Shown: positions 9,868 to 18,520 of the stretch, piece by piece
Position numbering within the stretch: the stretch's first letter is position 1
How the letters are laid out: every line of letters starts with the position of its first letter
From: Bradymonadia bacterium
GTDB taxonomy: Bacteria; Myxococcota_A; Bradymonadia; UBA7976; UBA1532
NCBI GenBank assembly: GCA_046290225.1
Contig: JBKAGE010000042.1
Span: 1-64,000 of the forward strand
Reading direction: 5' to 3'
Length of the DNA stretch: 64,000 nt
The notes under the pieces: model-generated
Database searches by the model: none
Told to the model about the DNA's origin: nothing
What the model saw: only the letters and a program-made list of their open reading frames with translations
Program-made: the position numbers and the translations under genes

Positions 9868-10692
9868 ATGGGCGCACGCGCTCGCATTCACCAAATCATC
9901 GAGCCCAGCCGGGGGCGCCACGACACGCTGAGTCGAGCCTTCGACATCACGATCCTGGGCCTCATCGTGCTCAACATCGTGGCGTTGATCTTTCAGACTG
10001 AGGCCTCGATCTACGCCGCAGCACCCACCCTCTTCGACATGGTGGAGTGGATCTCGGTGGCGGTGTTCTCGGTGGAATATCTGCTGCGCATCTGGGTGTG
10101 CGTCGAAGACGCACGCTACGCCCGACCTGTGCTGGGCCGCCTGCGCTACGCCCTGACCCCGATGATGCTCGTCGATCTCATGGCAGTGGCCCCGTTCTTC
10201 ATGGTCTGGCTGTCCATGGACATGCGCTTCGTCCGGGCCTTCAGGTTGATGCGCCTGTTTCGTCTGGCCAAGCTCGGCCGCTATGTGGGGGCCCTCGAGC
10301 TGATGGGCCGTGCGCTCCGCGGGCGTCTCGCCGAGTTGCTGATCACGGTGTCGTTGATCTTGATGCTGCTCGTGGTGGCGGCGGGGCTGATGTACTACGC
10401 CGAGCGCGAGGCACAGCCTGAGGCCTTCGCCTCGATCCCCCGGGCGATGTGGTGGGCCGTGGCCACGCTCACCACGGTGGGCTACGGTGACGTCTACCCC
10501 ATCACCATGGTGGGCCGGGTGCTCGGCGCCGTCATCGCGATTTTGGGGGTAGGCCTCTTCGCCCTGCCTGCGGGCATCATCAGTGGCTGCTTCATGGAAG
10601 AACTGCAGGAGAGCAAGGCCCGCAAACGTCACACCGACGGTCAATGCCCGACATGTGGCCAGCACATGCCCGAGGAGCACATTCATGAGTGA
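9868..10692 (+). CDS. Voltage-gated potassium channel (ion transporter)
   Basis: S4-like RAFRLMRLFRLAKL and selectivity filter TTVGYGD. Confidence 0.93.
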   Translation: MGARARIHQIIEPSRGRHDTLSRAFDITILGLIVLNIVALIFQTEASIYAAAPTLFDMVEWISVAVFSVEYLLRIWVCVEDARYARPVLGRLRYALTPMMLVDLMAVAPFFMVWLSMDMRFVRAFRLMRLFRLAKLGRYVGALELMGRALRGRLAELLITVSLILMLLVVAAGLMYYAEREAQPEAFASIPRAMWWAVATLTTVGYGDVYPITMVGRVLGAVIAILGVGLFALPAGIISGCFMEELQESKARKRHTDGQCPTCGQHMPEEHIHE

Positions 10693-11698
10693 TCCCAGCA
10701 CGCCCGAGCGCCTCGTCTTCCAAGGTGCCGTCGACGGCTCGGCGGCGGTGATCCTGCCCGACGGTCGCATCATCACCGCCGGTGACGAATACAACCGCCT
10801 CCACATCTACGCCCCTGACGCTGAGCGGCCCCACGCCACGGTGCAGCTCGATGCCGCCCTCGACGCCCGAAAGAACAAGGAGGGCGAGTACCGGGAAGCC
10901 GACATCGAAGACGCCACCCTCGTGGGCCACCGTGCGTTCTGGATCGGCTCTCACGGCCGCAACCGCAAAGGCAAACGCCGGCCGACCCGATCACGCCTCT
11001 TCGCCACTGATCACCCACCCCAGGGTCCGCCGCGTTTCGTGGGCTACACTGATCAATTGCTCGATGACATGCTCGTAGCCGATCACTGGTCGCCAGCAGC
11101 TCGAAACCACGTGTTCTTCGACAGAGTCATCAAGTGGCTGATCCGCGCCGCAGCCCCCGGGGTGAAGAAAGCCCCCGCCCTGGCTCCGAAGGCAGAGGGC
11201 ATCAGCATCGAAGCCCTCGGCGCCACGCCAGAGGGCCAGCTGCTCGTGGGTTTGCGCAACCCCACGTTCGACGGCAAGGCGCTCATTGTCACTCTGAGCA
11301 ACCCGGAGGAGGCGCTCTTCGGGCAGCCTTGCCGCTTCGAGGATCTACACCTCGTACCACTCGGCGGCCGGGGCCTGCGCTCGATGGACTGGGACGCACA
11401 CACACGCCACCACTTGCTGCTGGCCGGGCCTCCAGGCCGCACGGAAGACTTCAAGGCAGCCGACGGCATATCACCCTTCGCGCTCTATCGCTGGCAGCCA
11501 GGATCAGCGCCGACAGTGCTCGGCCCGGTGCCCGCCCGAACAGATTGCAAGCCTGAGGCAGTGGCCGTCGACCCCCGACAGCGCCGCGCCCTGATCCTCG
11601 AAGACCAGGGCACACTCCGAGAGCGGCTTGCGAGCACATCTGCTGATGGCGGCGCCTCGAAGCGCATGTTCGAGGGCTGGTGGTACCCGCTGGGGTAA
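10685..11698 (+). CDS. DUF3616-like beta-propeller protein
   Basis: EADIED, FWIGSHGRNRKGK, IEAL..GLRNP, KPEAV motifs. Confidence 0.7.
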   Translation: MSDPSTPERLVFQGAVDGSAAVILPDGRIITAGDEYNRLHIYAPDAERPHATVQLDAALDARKNKEGEYREADIEDATLVGHRAFWIGSHGRNRKGKRRPTRSRLFATDHPPQGPPRFVGYTDQLLDDMLVADHWSPAARNHVFFDRVIKWLIRAAAPGVKKAPALAPKAEGISIEALGATPEGQLLVGLRNPTFDGKALIVTLSNPEEALFGQPCRFEDLHLVPLGGRGLRSMDWDAHTRHHLLLAGPPGRTEDFKAADGISPFALYRWQPGSAPTVLGPVPARTDCKPEAVAVDPRQRRALILEDQGTLRERLASTSADGGASKRMFEGWWYPLG

Positions 11699-11706
11699 CT
11701 CACCAG

Positions 11707-12306
11707 TCAACCGTCATCACCCACGAACGCCATGTGCTCTCGCGCCGCTGCGGCGAGGCCACCCTTCACCAGCACCTGCCCTTCCATGAACACCGCCCAC
11801 GCCCTGCGCATCTGAAGTGCGCAGCGCTCGAAGGGCATGAACCCACAGCCGGTCCCCAGACCTGGGCAGAGCACCCTGGTGATGGGTGGCTGATCGCCAT
11901 GGTTGTGTTGTTTGATTGCCTTGAGCACCGCCTTGAATGCCAGGAAGGCGTTGGCTGTACGAGAGACATCCATGGGCACCCGCATGGTGGGGGCGCTGAT
12001 CAGCCAAGGGTGCTCAGGGTGATCTGTGGCCACGATCTCGGCACACCCTACCGGCAGCTCTCCATCGTGTAGTTCGAAGAGCCGCTCACGTACGCGACGC
12101 TCCACATGCCAGCCAAGATGCTCGCTGAGACGCAAATCCAGGCTGCCATCCATAAAGCCAAAGCTGTTGGCCGGGCTCACCAGTGCGCCTGCCCCCTGCT
12201 CGAAGATGGATCCTTGCACCACCGTCACCGCGTCTACATCAGCAAAAGCCTCACGCCATGCCTGATAGAGCCCCCACTCCAAATCGACCAGTACCCACTC
12301 GACCAT
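11707..12306 (-). CDS. Macro domain (ADP-ribose processing) protein
   Basis: VSPANSFGFMDGSLD, APTMRVP, PGLGTGCG motifs. Confidence 0.9.
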   Translation of the reverse strand: MVEWVLVDLEWGLYQAWREAFADVDAVTVVQGSIFEQGAGALVSPANSFGFMDGSLDLRLSEHLGWHVERRVRERLFELHDGELPVGCAEIVATDHPEHPWLISAPTMRVPMDVSRTANAFLAFKAVLKAIKQHNHGDQPPITRVLCPGLGTGCGFMPFERCALQMRRAWAVFMEGQVLVKGGLAAAAREHMAFVGDDG

Positions 12307-12415
12307 CGTGTAACCTCAACACAAACACTGCGCAGGCTACCCGATCAAAAAAGAGGGAATCAAGTGAGGCCTTCTGGGGTGATGAACAACAAGCACACTT
12401 CGAAAGATCTATGTT

Positions 12416-13273
12416 GTGGCGACTTCTCAATTCCACGAGTCCATCGTCGATCTGTTTCGCGATCACATACGCCTCGCCCCAACCCTCCTGAACACCATCG
12501 CGCCAGGCACAATGCCCGATTTCGACGCGTTGGAAACCGCCGAAACCACATTCAGCGACACACAGCCCCCCGAGCTGCGGGCCGATTTGGTCATCAAGCT
12601 GACGCGTGAAAACCGTCTCGTTTCGGTGATCATCGTGGAGGTACAGCGTGGCCGAGATGTTGCCAAGAAGCGCACCTGGCCCAGCTATCATGCCTATTGT
12701 TGGCGACAGTATGGTGTGCCTTCTTGTGTACTGGTGTTCACCCAAAGTCGAGCCGTTGCTCGATGGGCATCAGCCCCCATAGACATGGGCCATGGGTTTG
12801 TCCATCGACCCATCGTCATCGGCCCCTCGAATGTTCCGCGCATCGACGACCCCCATGTTGCAGTTCAAACACCCTCTCTTTCTCTGTTGTCAGCACTGGT
12901 ACATGGCAACACACGGGGCGGGCTCGCGATCATTGAAGCGTTTCTCGATGCTCTGGCGGTGGTCGACGAAGGCGAGGCCGAAAGCTACTATGACTTGTTG
13001 ATGGCGTCGCTCAACGACACCGTAAAAGAAGGGCTCCAACACATGCTCAAAAAGCGAAAGCGCGAATATCATTCCGACTTCGCCCGCAAGTACTTCGGTG
13101 ATGGCAAAACTGAAGGCAAGAAGGAGCTGCTCAAGAAACAGCTCTGCCTGAAGTTTGGCGCCCTCAATGAAGATCAAGAAGTACGGATAGACTCCGCGAC
13201 CTCAGAGCAACTCGACGATTACACCGCACGCATCCTCACCGCAGAGACCCCAGAGGCGGTCTTCAACGGTTGA
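12416..13273 (+). CDS. Rpn/YhgA-like PD-(D/E)XK putative nuclease/transposase
   Basis: ELRADLV...IVEVQ core and C-terminal EGKKELLKKQLCLKFG..RI tail; lower GC than neighbours. Confidence 0.75.
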   Translation: MATSQFHESIVDLFRDHIRLAPTLLNTIAPGTMPDFDALETAETTFSDTQPPELRADLVIKLTRENRLVSVIIVEVQRGRDVAKKRTWPSYHAYCWRQYGVPSCVLVFTQSRAVARWASAPIDMGHGFVHRPIVIGPSNVPRIDDPHVAVQTPSLSLLSALVHGNTRGGLAIIEAFLDALAVVDEGEAESYYDLLMASLNDTVKEGLQHMLKKRKREYHSDFARKYFGDGKTEGKKELLKKQLCLKFGALNEDQEVRIDSATSEQLDDYTARILTAETPEAVFNG

Positions 13274-13316
13274 CGTGTGAGGACATGTCAGTCGATACAG
13301 CTCGCCGTCATTCGGC

Positions 13317-13952
13317 TCAGGCGGGGACGTCGGGGTTGAGCGAGTAGGTGCCCATGATTGACCCCTTGGCCAGCACGTGGCCTTCGATGGCGGCGAGGGC
13401 CTCAGCGCCGTCGAAGGTGCCCGCCAAACCCACCGACGCCACATCGAGGGCATACACCGTGAAGTGATAGTGATGCACGATGCTGTCGTTCCAGGGCGGG
13501 CAGGGACCATCATAACCCCCATAGTCCCCGGCCATGTCGGGATCACCAGCGAACCAGCCTGTGTAGCTGTTCTTGCCACGCACGCCATGGGCCACGGACC
13601 CCGTGTCCTTGCCCTTGGGGGTCACCCCGTCGCCTTCTTCTCCCTCGGCGAAAGAGGTCTTGTCGGCGGGGATGTCCACGAGCACCCAGTGGTAGAAATC
13701 AACCCGGGGCAGATCGGCAGGCACCGTCTTGCCCTCCTGGTTGACGTCGTCGCCCACTGAGGGCACATCGGGATCATGACAGATGATGGCGTACGACAGT
13801 GTACCTTCGGGTCCCGCAGACCAGCTGATCGCCGGGCTCTTGTTCGGCGCCAGGGTCACGTGACCCTCGTCAGCGGGTACGCAAAACGCGAAGCGGGCCG
13901 GAATCGGCTTGCCGTCTTCGATGCCTTCGATGTGTACGGTGAGTGCAGACAT
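13317..13952 (-). CDS. YbhB/YbcL (PEBP, Raf kinase inhibitor-like) protein
   Basis: DPDVP, FYHWVLVDIP, YDGPCPP, HHYHFTVYALD. Confidence 0.92.
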   Translation of the reverse strand: MSALTVHIEGIEDGKPIPARFAFCVPADEGHVTLAPNKSPAISWSAGPEGTLSYAIICHDPDVPSVGDDVNQEGKTVPADLPRVDFYHWVLVDIPADKTSFAEGEEGDGVTPKGKDTGSVAHGVRGKNSYTGWFAGDPDMAGDYGGYDGPCPPWNDSIVHHYHFTVYALDVASVGLAGTFDGAEALAAIEGHVLAKGSIMGTYSLNPDVPA

Positions 13953-14031
13953 GGTGATCCCCTCGTGTGTAGTCGACGTTGTTGAACGCAGCACGACTTT
14001 TTAATCACAGCCCACTCAGGGAATCCAGACC

Positions 14032-14751
14032 ATGCGTGACCTGTGCCTGAAGAGCTTGATGATGGTGTTGCTCATATGCGGTACGTGCAGCCCGCTGCTC
14101 GTGCTCTGGCACGTCTGGCCTCGGACTGTGGCGCCAGAGCCCATCATCGCCCTGGGCACCTCGCCGATGCTCGTCGATGTAGCGCTGGCTCTGGTGTTGC
14201 CGCTCCAACACAGCCTCTGGACCCAACGACCGGTAAAACGCCTGATGTTGAGGCTCTTTAGCGCCCATTTCGAACGGCCCATGTACGTCATCGGCTCTGC
14301 AGCGGCACTGGTGACTACGGGCCTGCTCTGGCAGCCAGTCGATCATGCCCTGTGGCAACCTGGCACCCTCGGGCTTTGGGTGATGCGGGGCCTCCTGATC
14401 GTGAGCCTTCTGCTTCAGGCATGGTCTGCAGAGCTGGTCGGCGGCGCGCATCTGAACGGCACCGCCCACGTGAGGGCTGCCCTCGCCGAGGCCCCTGTGC
14501 CCGAGCCGGTCTTTCAGGCACGCGGACTCTATCGGGTCATGCGACACCCCATCGCTTCTTCTCAGGTGCTGATGGTGTGGTCCGTGGGTACGGTGCGGCT
14601 CGACCTTGCCATGCTCGCCGGTATCTGGACCGTGTGGATCGTCCTGGCCACAGCCCTGGAGGAACGCCGGCTGCTCGCCGATCTGGGCGAGGTCTATGCA
14701 AAGTACCGTGAGACCACGGGGTTCTTGCTGCCCCGTTTTGGCCGGTCCTGA
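14032..14751 (+). CDS. Nurim/MddA-like (isoprenylcysteine methyltransferase family) membrane protein
   Basis: LQHS...ERPMYV, GLYRVMRHP, EERRL..LGEVYAKYR motifs. Confidence 0.75.
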   Translation: MRDLCLKSLMMVLLICGTCSPLLVLWHVWPRTVAPEPIIALGTSPMLVDVALALVLPLQHSLWTQRPVKRLMLRLFSAHFERPMYVIGSAAALVTTGLLWQPVDHALWQPGTLGLWVMRGLLIVSLLLQAWSAELVGGAHLNGTAHVRAALAEAPVPEPVFQARGLYRVMRHPIASSQVLMVWSVGTVRLDLAMLAGIWTVWIVLATALEERRLLADLGEVYAKYRETTGFLLPRFGRS

Positions 14752-14832
14752 CTCAAGTGCGCCAAAGAGCCCTGGACATCGTCGCCACGAACCCCCATTA
14801 CGCAGGAGCGCACGTCGGGCTCAGGAGGATCC

Positions 14833-15873
14833 ATGCTCACCGGCCACTGCCTCGTCGCCCTTGCTCTGCTCTCGCCTCTCGCGGCGTGCAGCGATCGCTC
14901 TCCGGCACCCGCGGCCCCCACAACCAACAGCGTGCCTGTTCAGGCCACCCCCGAAACGCCGACGCCTCCTGGTGACGATGTACCACCCCTGGAGGCCTTT
15001 ACGTTGGCGGAGCGGGCGTACGCATTCACGCTCTTCATCGACGCCCCCACGACACTGAGCACGGTCAAAGCGGGCCTCGCCCTGCCAGAGGGTTGGACGA
15101 CCCTCGAGCGCCTGCCTGCTGATCCGCCCCGCCCTGCGGTTCTGGTGGAAATACAGTCCGGGGAGCAGGTGAGCCCACCGAGCGCGGAGATCTTGAAGGC
15201 CCATGGTCGCGGCCTCTCCGAAGCACAACAAAACGCCACCCATGCCGCCACCCATGCAGTGGTGGTGTCGTGGCTCACGGGGCCTGATCCGCAGGGCAAG
15301 GCCTTCGAGCAATCACAACACTCCATGCTGACGCTCGCCGAGGCTCTGAAGGCCCCCGCACTCTGGGACGAGACCACTCGGGAGGCCTTCTCGGTGGAGT
15401 CGTGGCAGGGGCTGCGCCTCGGGGACCAACACCCTGGCCTCGAAGGGCGCCGCTTCGTCACGGTGCGTATGGTGGCTGATCCGACAAAAGACGCTCCAGG
15501 GCACCTCGTGACCTCGGGCATGATCCGTTTCGGTCTACCTGATGTGGTGCTCGTGGATGTCTCTCCAGCACAGGCCCGTGATCTGGCACCTGTGCTGGAT
15601 CTGGTGAGTCAGGCCCTCATCGAGGGTCAACGACCGACGCCTCAGGGTGACCTGCACCTGAAAGCCATCGCACACCCCGGTGTGCGCGCACGCCTGGGCG
15701 CCGGCCGAACACCACCCGCCTCGGCTCCACCGGTGGCGCTGCGCATCACCCCCAAGTCGCCTGGCGATCCGGAGAACCGTCTTTTGAAGATCGATGTGCC
15801 CCATCAGGCAGGGACCGACCTGCACGCTGACCGTCTGCGCTGGCTCGCCGCCGCCCTGGGAGAACCGAAATGA
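14833..15873 (+). CDS. Hypothetical lipoprotein
   Basis: Lipobox LAAC; GMIRFGLPDV segment; RBS AGGAGG. Confidence 0.7.
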   Translation: MLTGHCLVALALLSPLAACSDRSPAPAAPTTNSVPVQATPETPTPPGDDVPPLEAFTLAERAYAFTLFIDAPTTLSTVKAGLALPEGWTTLERLPADPPRPAVLVEIQSGEQVSPPSAEILKAHGRGLSEAQQNATHAATHAVVVSWLTGPDPQGKAFEQSQHSMLTLAEALKAPALWDETTREAFSVESWQGLRLGDQHPGLEGRRFVTVRMVADPTKDAPGHLVTSGMIRFGLPDVVLVDVSPAQARDLAPVLDLVSQALIEGQRPTPQGDLHLKAIAHPGVRARLGAGRTPPASAPPVALRITPKSPGDPENRLLKIDVPHQAGTDLHADRLRWLAAALGEPK

Positions 15874-16409
15874 GTGATGTTCTGCCTCAGGTGGAGACGC
15901 CGCTGTTCATCCTGGCGATGATCTTGTCGATCATCCTGCTGGTGACGGTGGGGGTCCCCTATGTGATGAAGCTCCCACTGCGTCGCCATGTACGCCTGCA
16001 CTTCACGCCAGGCACTGACCTGTCATCTGCCATGGACGAGCTCACCGACTATCTGCGCGGGTTCCTGAGCCAGCGCGGGTTCGAGGCCATGGCCCACGAC
16101 GAGATCCTGGTCATGCGCAAAGGCGCTGACATGTTTCGGATGTACCTCCGGCCCGCGGCGGATCACCTTCAGCTGAGCTATGAGATGGAGGGCATGGACT
16201 CGGCAGAGATCGAGTCGGGGAAGCTGTCGTGTGTTCTGGGCTCGGGGGTGTCGTTCTTCGGCTTACAGCTCAACGAAGCATTTCAAGGCCTCGAGCTGGC
16301 CCAACCACCTCGATGGGTCGTCCGCGAGGATGACGATGCGGCCACCAGCACCCCGGTCCCCCTACCTGCACGGCACGCCCGTGTGGTGAAGGTGAGCCCC
16401 TGGCGCTGA
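15870..16409 (+). CDS. Hypothetical membrane-anchored protein
   Basis: N-terminal TM helix; ATGA overlap with the upstream gene. Confidence 0.6.
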   Translation: MSDVLPQVETPLFILAMILSIILLVTVGVPYVMKLPLRRHVRLHFTPGTDLSSAMDELTDYLRGFLSQRGFEAMAHDEILVMRKGADMFRMYLRPAADHLQLSYEMEGMDSAEIESGKLSCVLGSGVSFFGLQLNEAFQGLELAQPPRWVVREDDDAATSTPVPLPARHARVVKVSPWR

Positions 16410-16419
16410 GGGTAATACC

Positions 16420-16944
16420 TCAAACCCGGGGCAAGAGCTGGACGAAGTTGCACGGCCGATGGCGGGCGTCGAGCTGCTCCACCAGGATCTGATCCATGGC
16501 CAGCGTCACCGCCCCGCTGGAGCCTGGCAGCGCGAAGATGAGCGTACCCTGAGCCAGCCACGCCCCGGCACGGGACTGTACTGTCGAGCTGCCGATGTCC
16601 TTGAAGCTCAACCAGCGAAACAGCTCGCCAAACCCGGGGATGTGCTTGCCCCCTGGATCGCGGGCGCTCAGGGCCATACAGGCGTCGGGGGTGACATCGC
16701 GGCGGGTGATGCCGGTGCCACCCGTGGCGATGATCACCCGGATGTCCTCTCGGGCACACCAGCCAGAGAACGTCTCTTCGATGAGTCGGCGATCGTCGGG
16801 GATGATCTGTCGATCGACGATGGGGTGGCCCATCGTCTCGAGGCGATCCACGATGATGGCGCCGGACTTGTCGGTCTCGAAGGTTCGGGTGTCGGAGACC
16901 GTGAGCACGGCACAGCCCACGGGCACGAAAGGTCGATCAGTCAT
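16420..16944 (-). CDS. moaB: Molybdenum cofactor biosynthesis protein B
   Basis: VLTVSDTR, DKSG, TGGTGITRRDVTPD, QSRA, LPGS, LDARHRPCNF. Confidence 0.92.
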   Translation of the reverse strand: MTDRPFVPVGCAVLTVSDTRTFETDKSGAIIVDRLETMGHPIVDRQIIPDDRRLIEETFSGWCAREDIRVIIATGGTGITRRDVTPDACMALSARDPGGKHIPGFGELFRWLSFKDIGSSTVQSRAGAWLAQGTLIFALPGSSGAVTLAMDQILVEQLDARHRPCNFVQLLPRV

Positions 16945-17050
16945 GTGGCGCTCCTGGAGCCAGCGAACAGCGTTTGAGCGAATCGCGTTTGAGCGCACAG
17001 GGTGCTGAGCAGTGCGTTTTGCTGCAAGCCCTTCAACACAGAGCCACTGG

Positions 17051-18370
17051 ATGTCTGGCCGTTCACCATGGGGGCTCACCGCATGGTGCTGGTGGGCCCG
17101 GGCCTTCGCCATCGCCTCGCTGGTGCACATCACCTTGCCGGACTTCGACCAGGCAGGCTGGGGCTGGCCCGCCCTGGTCGAGGGGGTTGGCGCCCTGTGG
17201 CTGCTGGTCCGCCCTCACCCGATGGCCTTCGCGCTGTGTGCCGCAGGCACCGCCTGGACCCTGATCGGGCTCAACGACGTCCTGACTCAGTCGATGTACC
17301 TCACCTGGGTGGCGCTGGTGGCCCTGGTGGGCGCTTTGTGGGGCCGTGAGCGCAACGCCCTCACTGCGATCAGAGGCCTCACCGCGGCGACCTATCTGCT
17401 GGCGGCCCTGCACAAAATCAACCACGACTATCTGAACCCCGAGATCAGCTGCGCGGTGCACGCCTGGGACGTCACCGTGGAGTACTTCCGACTGCCAGAG
17501 GTGAGCCGGACGCTCGATCCGATCATGCCCGTGCTCTCCATCGCCCTTGAGCTGGCTCTGGCCTGGCTCATCTGGCGCGGGCACCCGCTGCGTTGGGTGA
17601 TCGGCGCTGTGTTCCACGCCCCCCTCACGGTGACCCTGGCCCCGGCCTTTGCTGCAGTGACAATGTCGGGCTACGTCGCTGGGGCGAGCCCGAGAGAGGC
17701 GGTGATGTGGCGCCGACTGCTCAGCAGGCCCACGTTGCTGATCGTCGCCGGCATCATCACCGCCACGGCCACCGCTCTGGGTCATGGTGAGATCAGATGG
17801 GATCACGCGCCCAAAATGGCCACCCTCGGCGCCCTCGCCGCCGGCGGGCTGGTCATCGCCTTCGAGGGCCGCCCGCGGTGGCCTCGGCGCCTTTCTCCTG
17901 CAGCGTGGGTGATCACAGGGCTATGGCTGGCCCACGGGCTCACCCCCTACTTCGGACTGCAGTACCAGCACACCGCGGCGATGCTGAGCAACATGCGCAT
18001 CGACACAGCATGTCACAACAGCCTGATCTTCCCAGCAGGCCTCGTGGAGCCCGATCCGTACCTCCGCATCGACGCTGCGGATTTCGGCGGGGGACAACGG
18101 CCCAAACGCTCGGCAAAGTTGAGGGCGGGGCTGTGGAGTCCCACGGCCCTGCACACCATGGCGCGGAACTGGTGTGTGCCCCATCTTCGGCCCATCACCC
18201 TCGAGGGCACGTGGCGCGGGCAGCCCTTCTCGATCCCCGATCTGTGTGATCCGAGCTGGCCCCTCCATGTGCCCACGGCGGGCCTCTGGCCCTCGGCCGA
18301 CACTCTGCCCCGCTACATCACCTTGCAGAAGAACCTGACCCGGCGATGCCAAACCGCGTGTATTCACTGA
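17051..18370 (+). CDS. HTTM-like polytopic membrane protein
   Basis: Many TM helices; YLLAALHKIN..YLNPEISCA and PYFGL..MLSNMR motifs. Confidence 0.6.
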   Translation: MSGRSPWGLTAWCWWARAFAIASLVHITLPDFDQAGWGWPALVEGVGALWLLVRPHPMAFALCAAGTAWTLIGLNDVLTQSMYLTWVALVALVGALWGRERNALTAIRGLTAATYLLAALHKINHDYLNPEISCAVHAWDVTVEYFRLPEVSRTLDPIMPVLSIALELALAWLIWRGHPLRWVIGAVFHAPLTVTLAPAFAAVTMSGYVAGASPREAVMWRRLLSRPTLLIVAGIITATATALGHGEIRWDHAPKMATLGALAAGGLVIAFEGRPRWPRRLSPAAWVITGLWLAHGLTPYFGLQYQHTAAMLSNMRIDTACHNSLIFPAGLVEPDPYLRIDAADFGGGQRPKRSAKLRAGLWSPTALHTMARNWCVPHLRPITLEGTWRGQPFSIPDLCDPSWPLHVPTAGLWPSADTLPRYITLQKNLTRRCQTACIH

Positions 18371-18520
18371 AGCCTTCGGTGAGCGCCCCATGAAGATCGG
18401 TCTATTGCCGTAAACCCGATTGGGCTCTAGAATCCGCCACAGGCCGCGAGGCGTCCATCCCATCGTGGGCCATTTCATCAATACCTGGGCGCAGATCACC
18501 CAGGGGGAGTCTGTTCCGAC

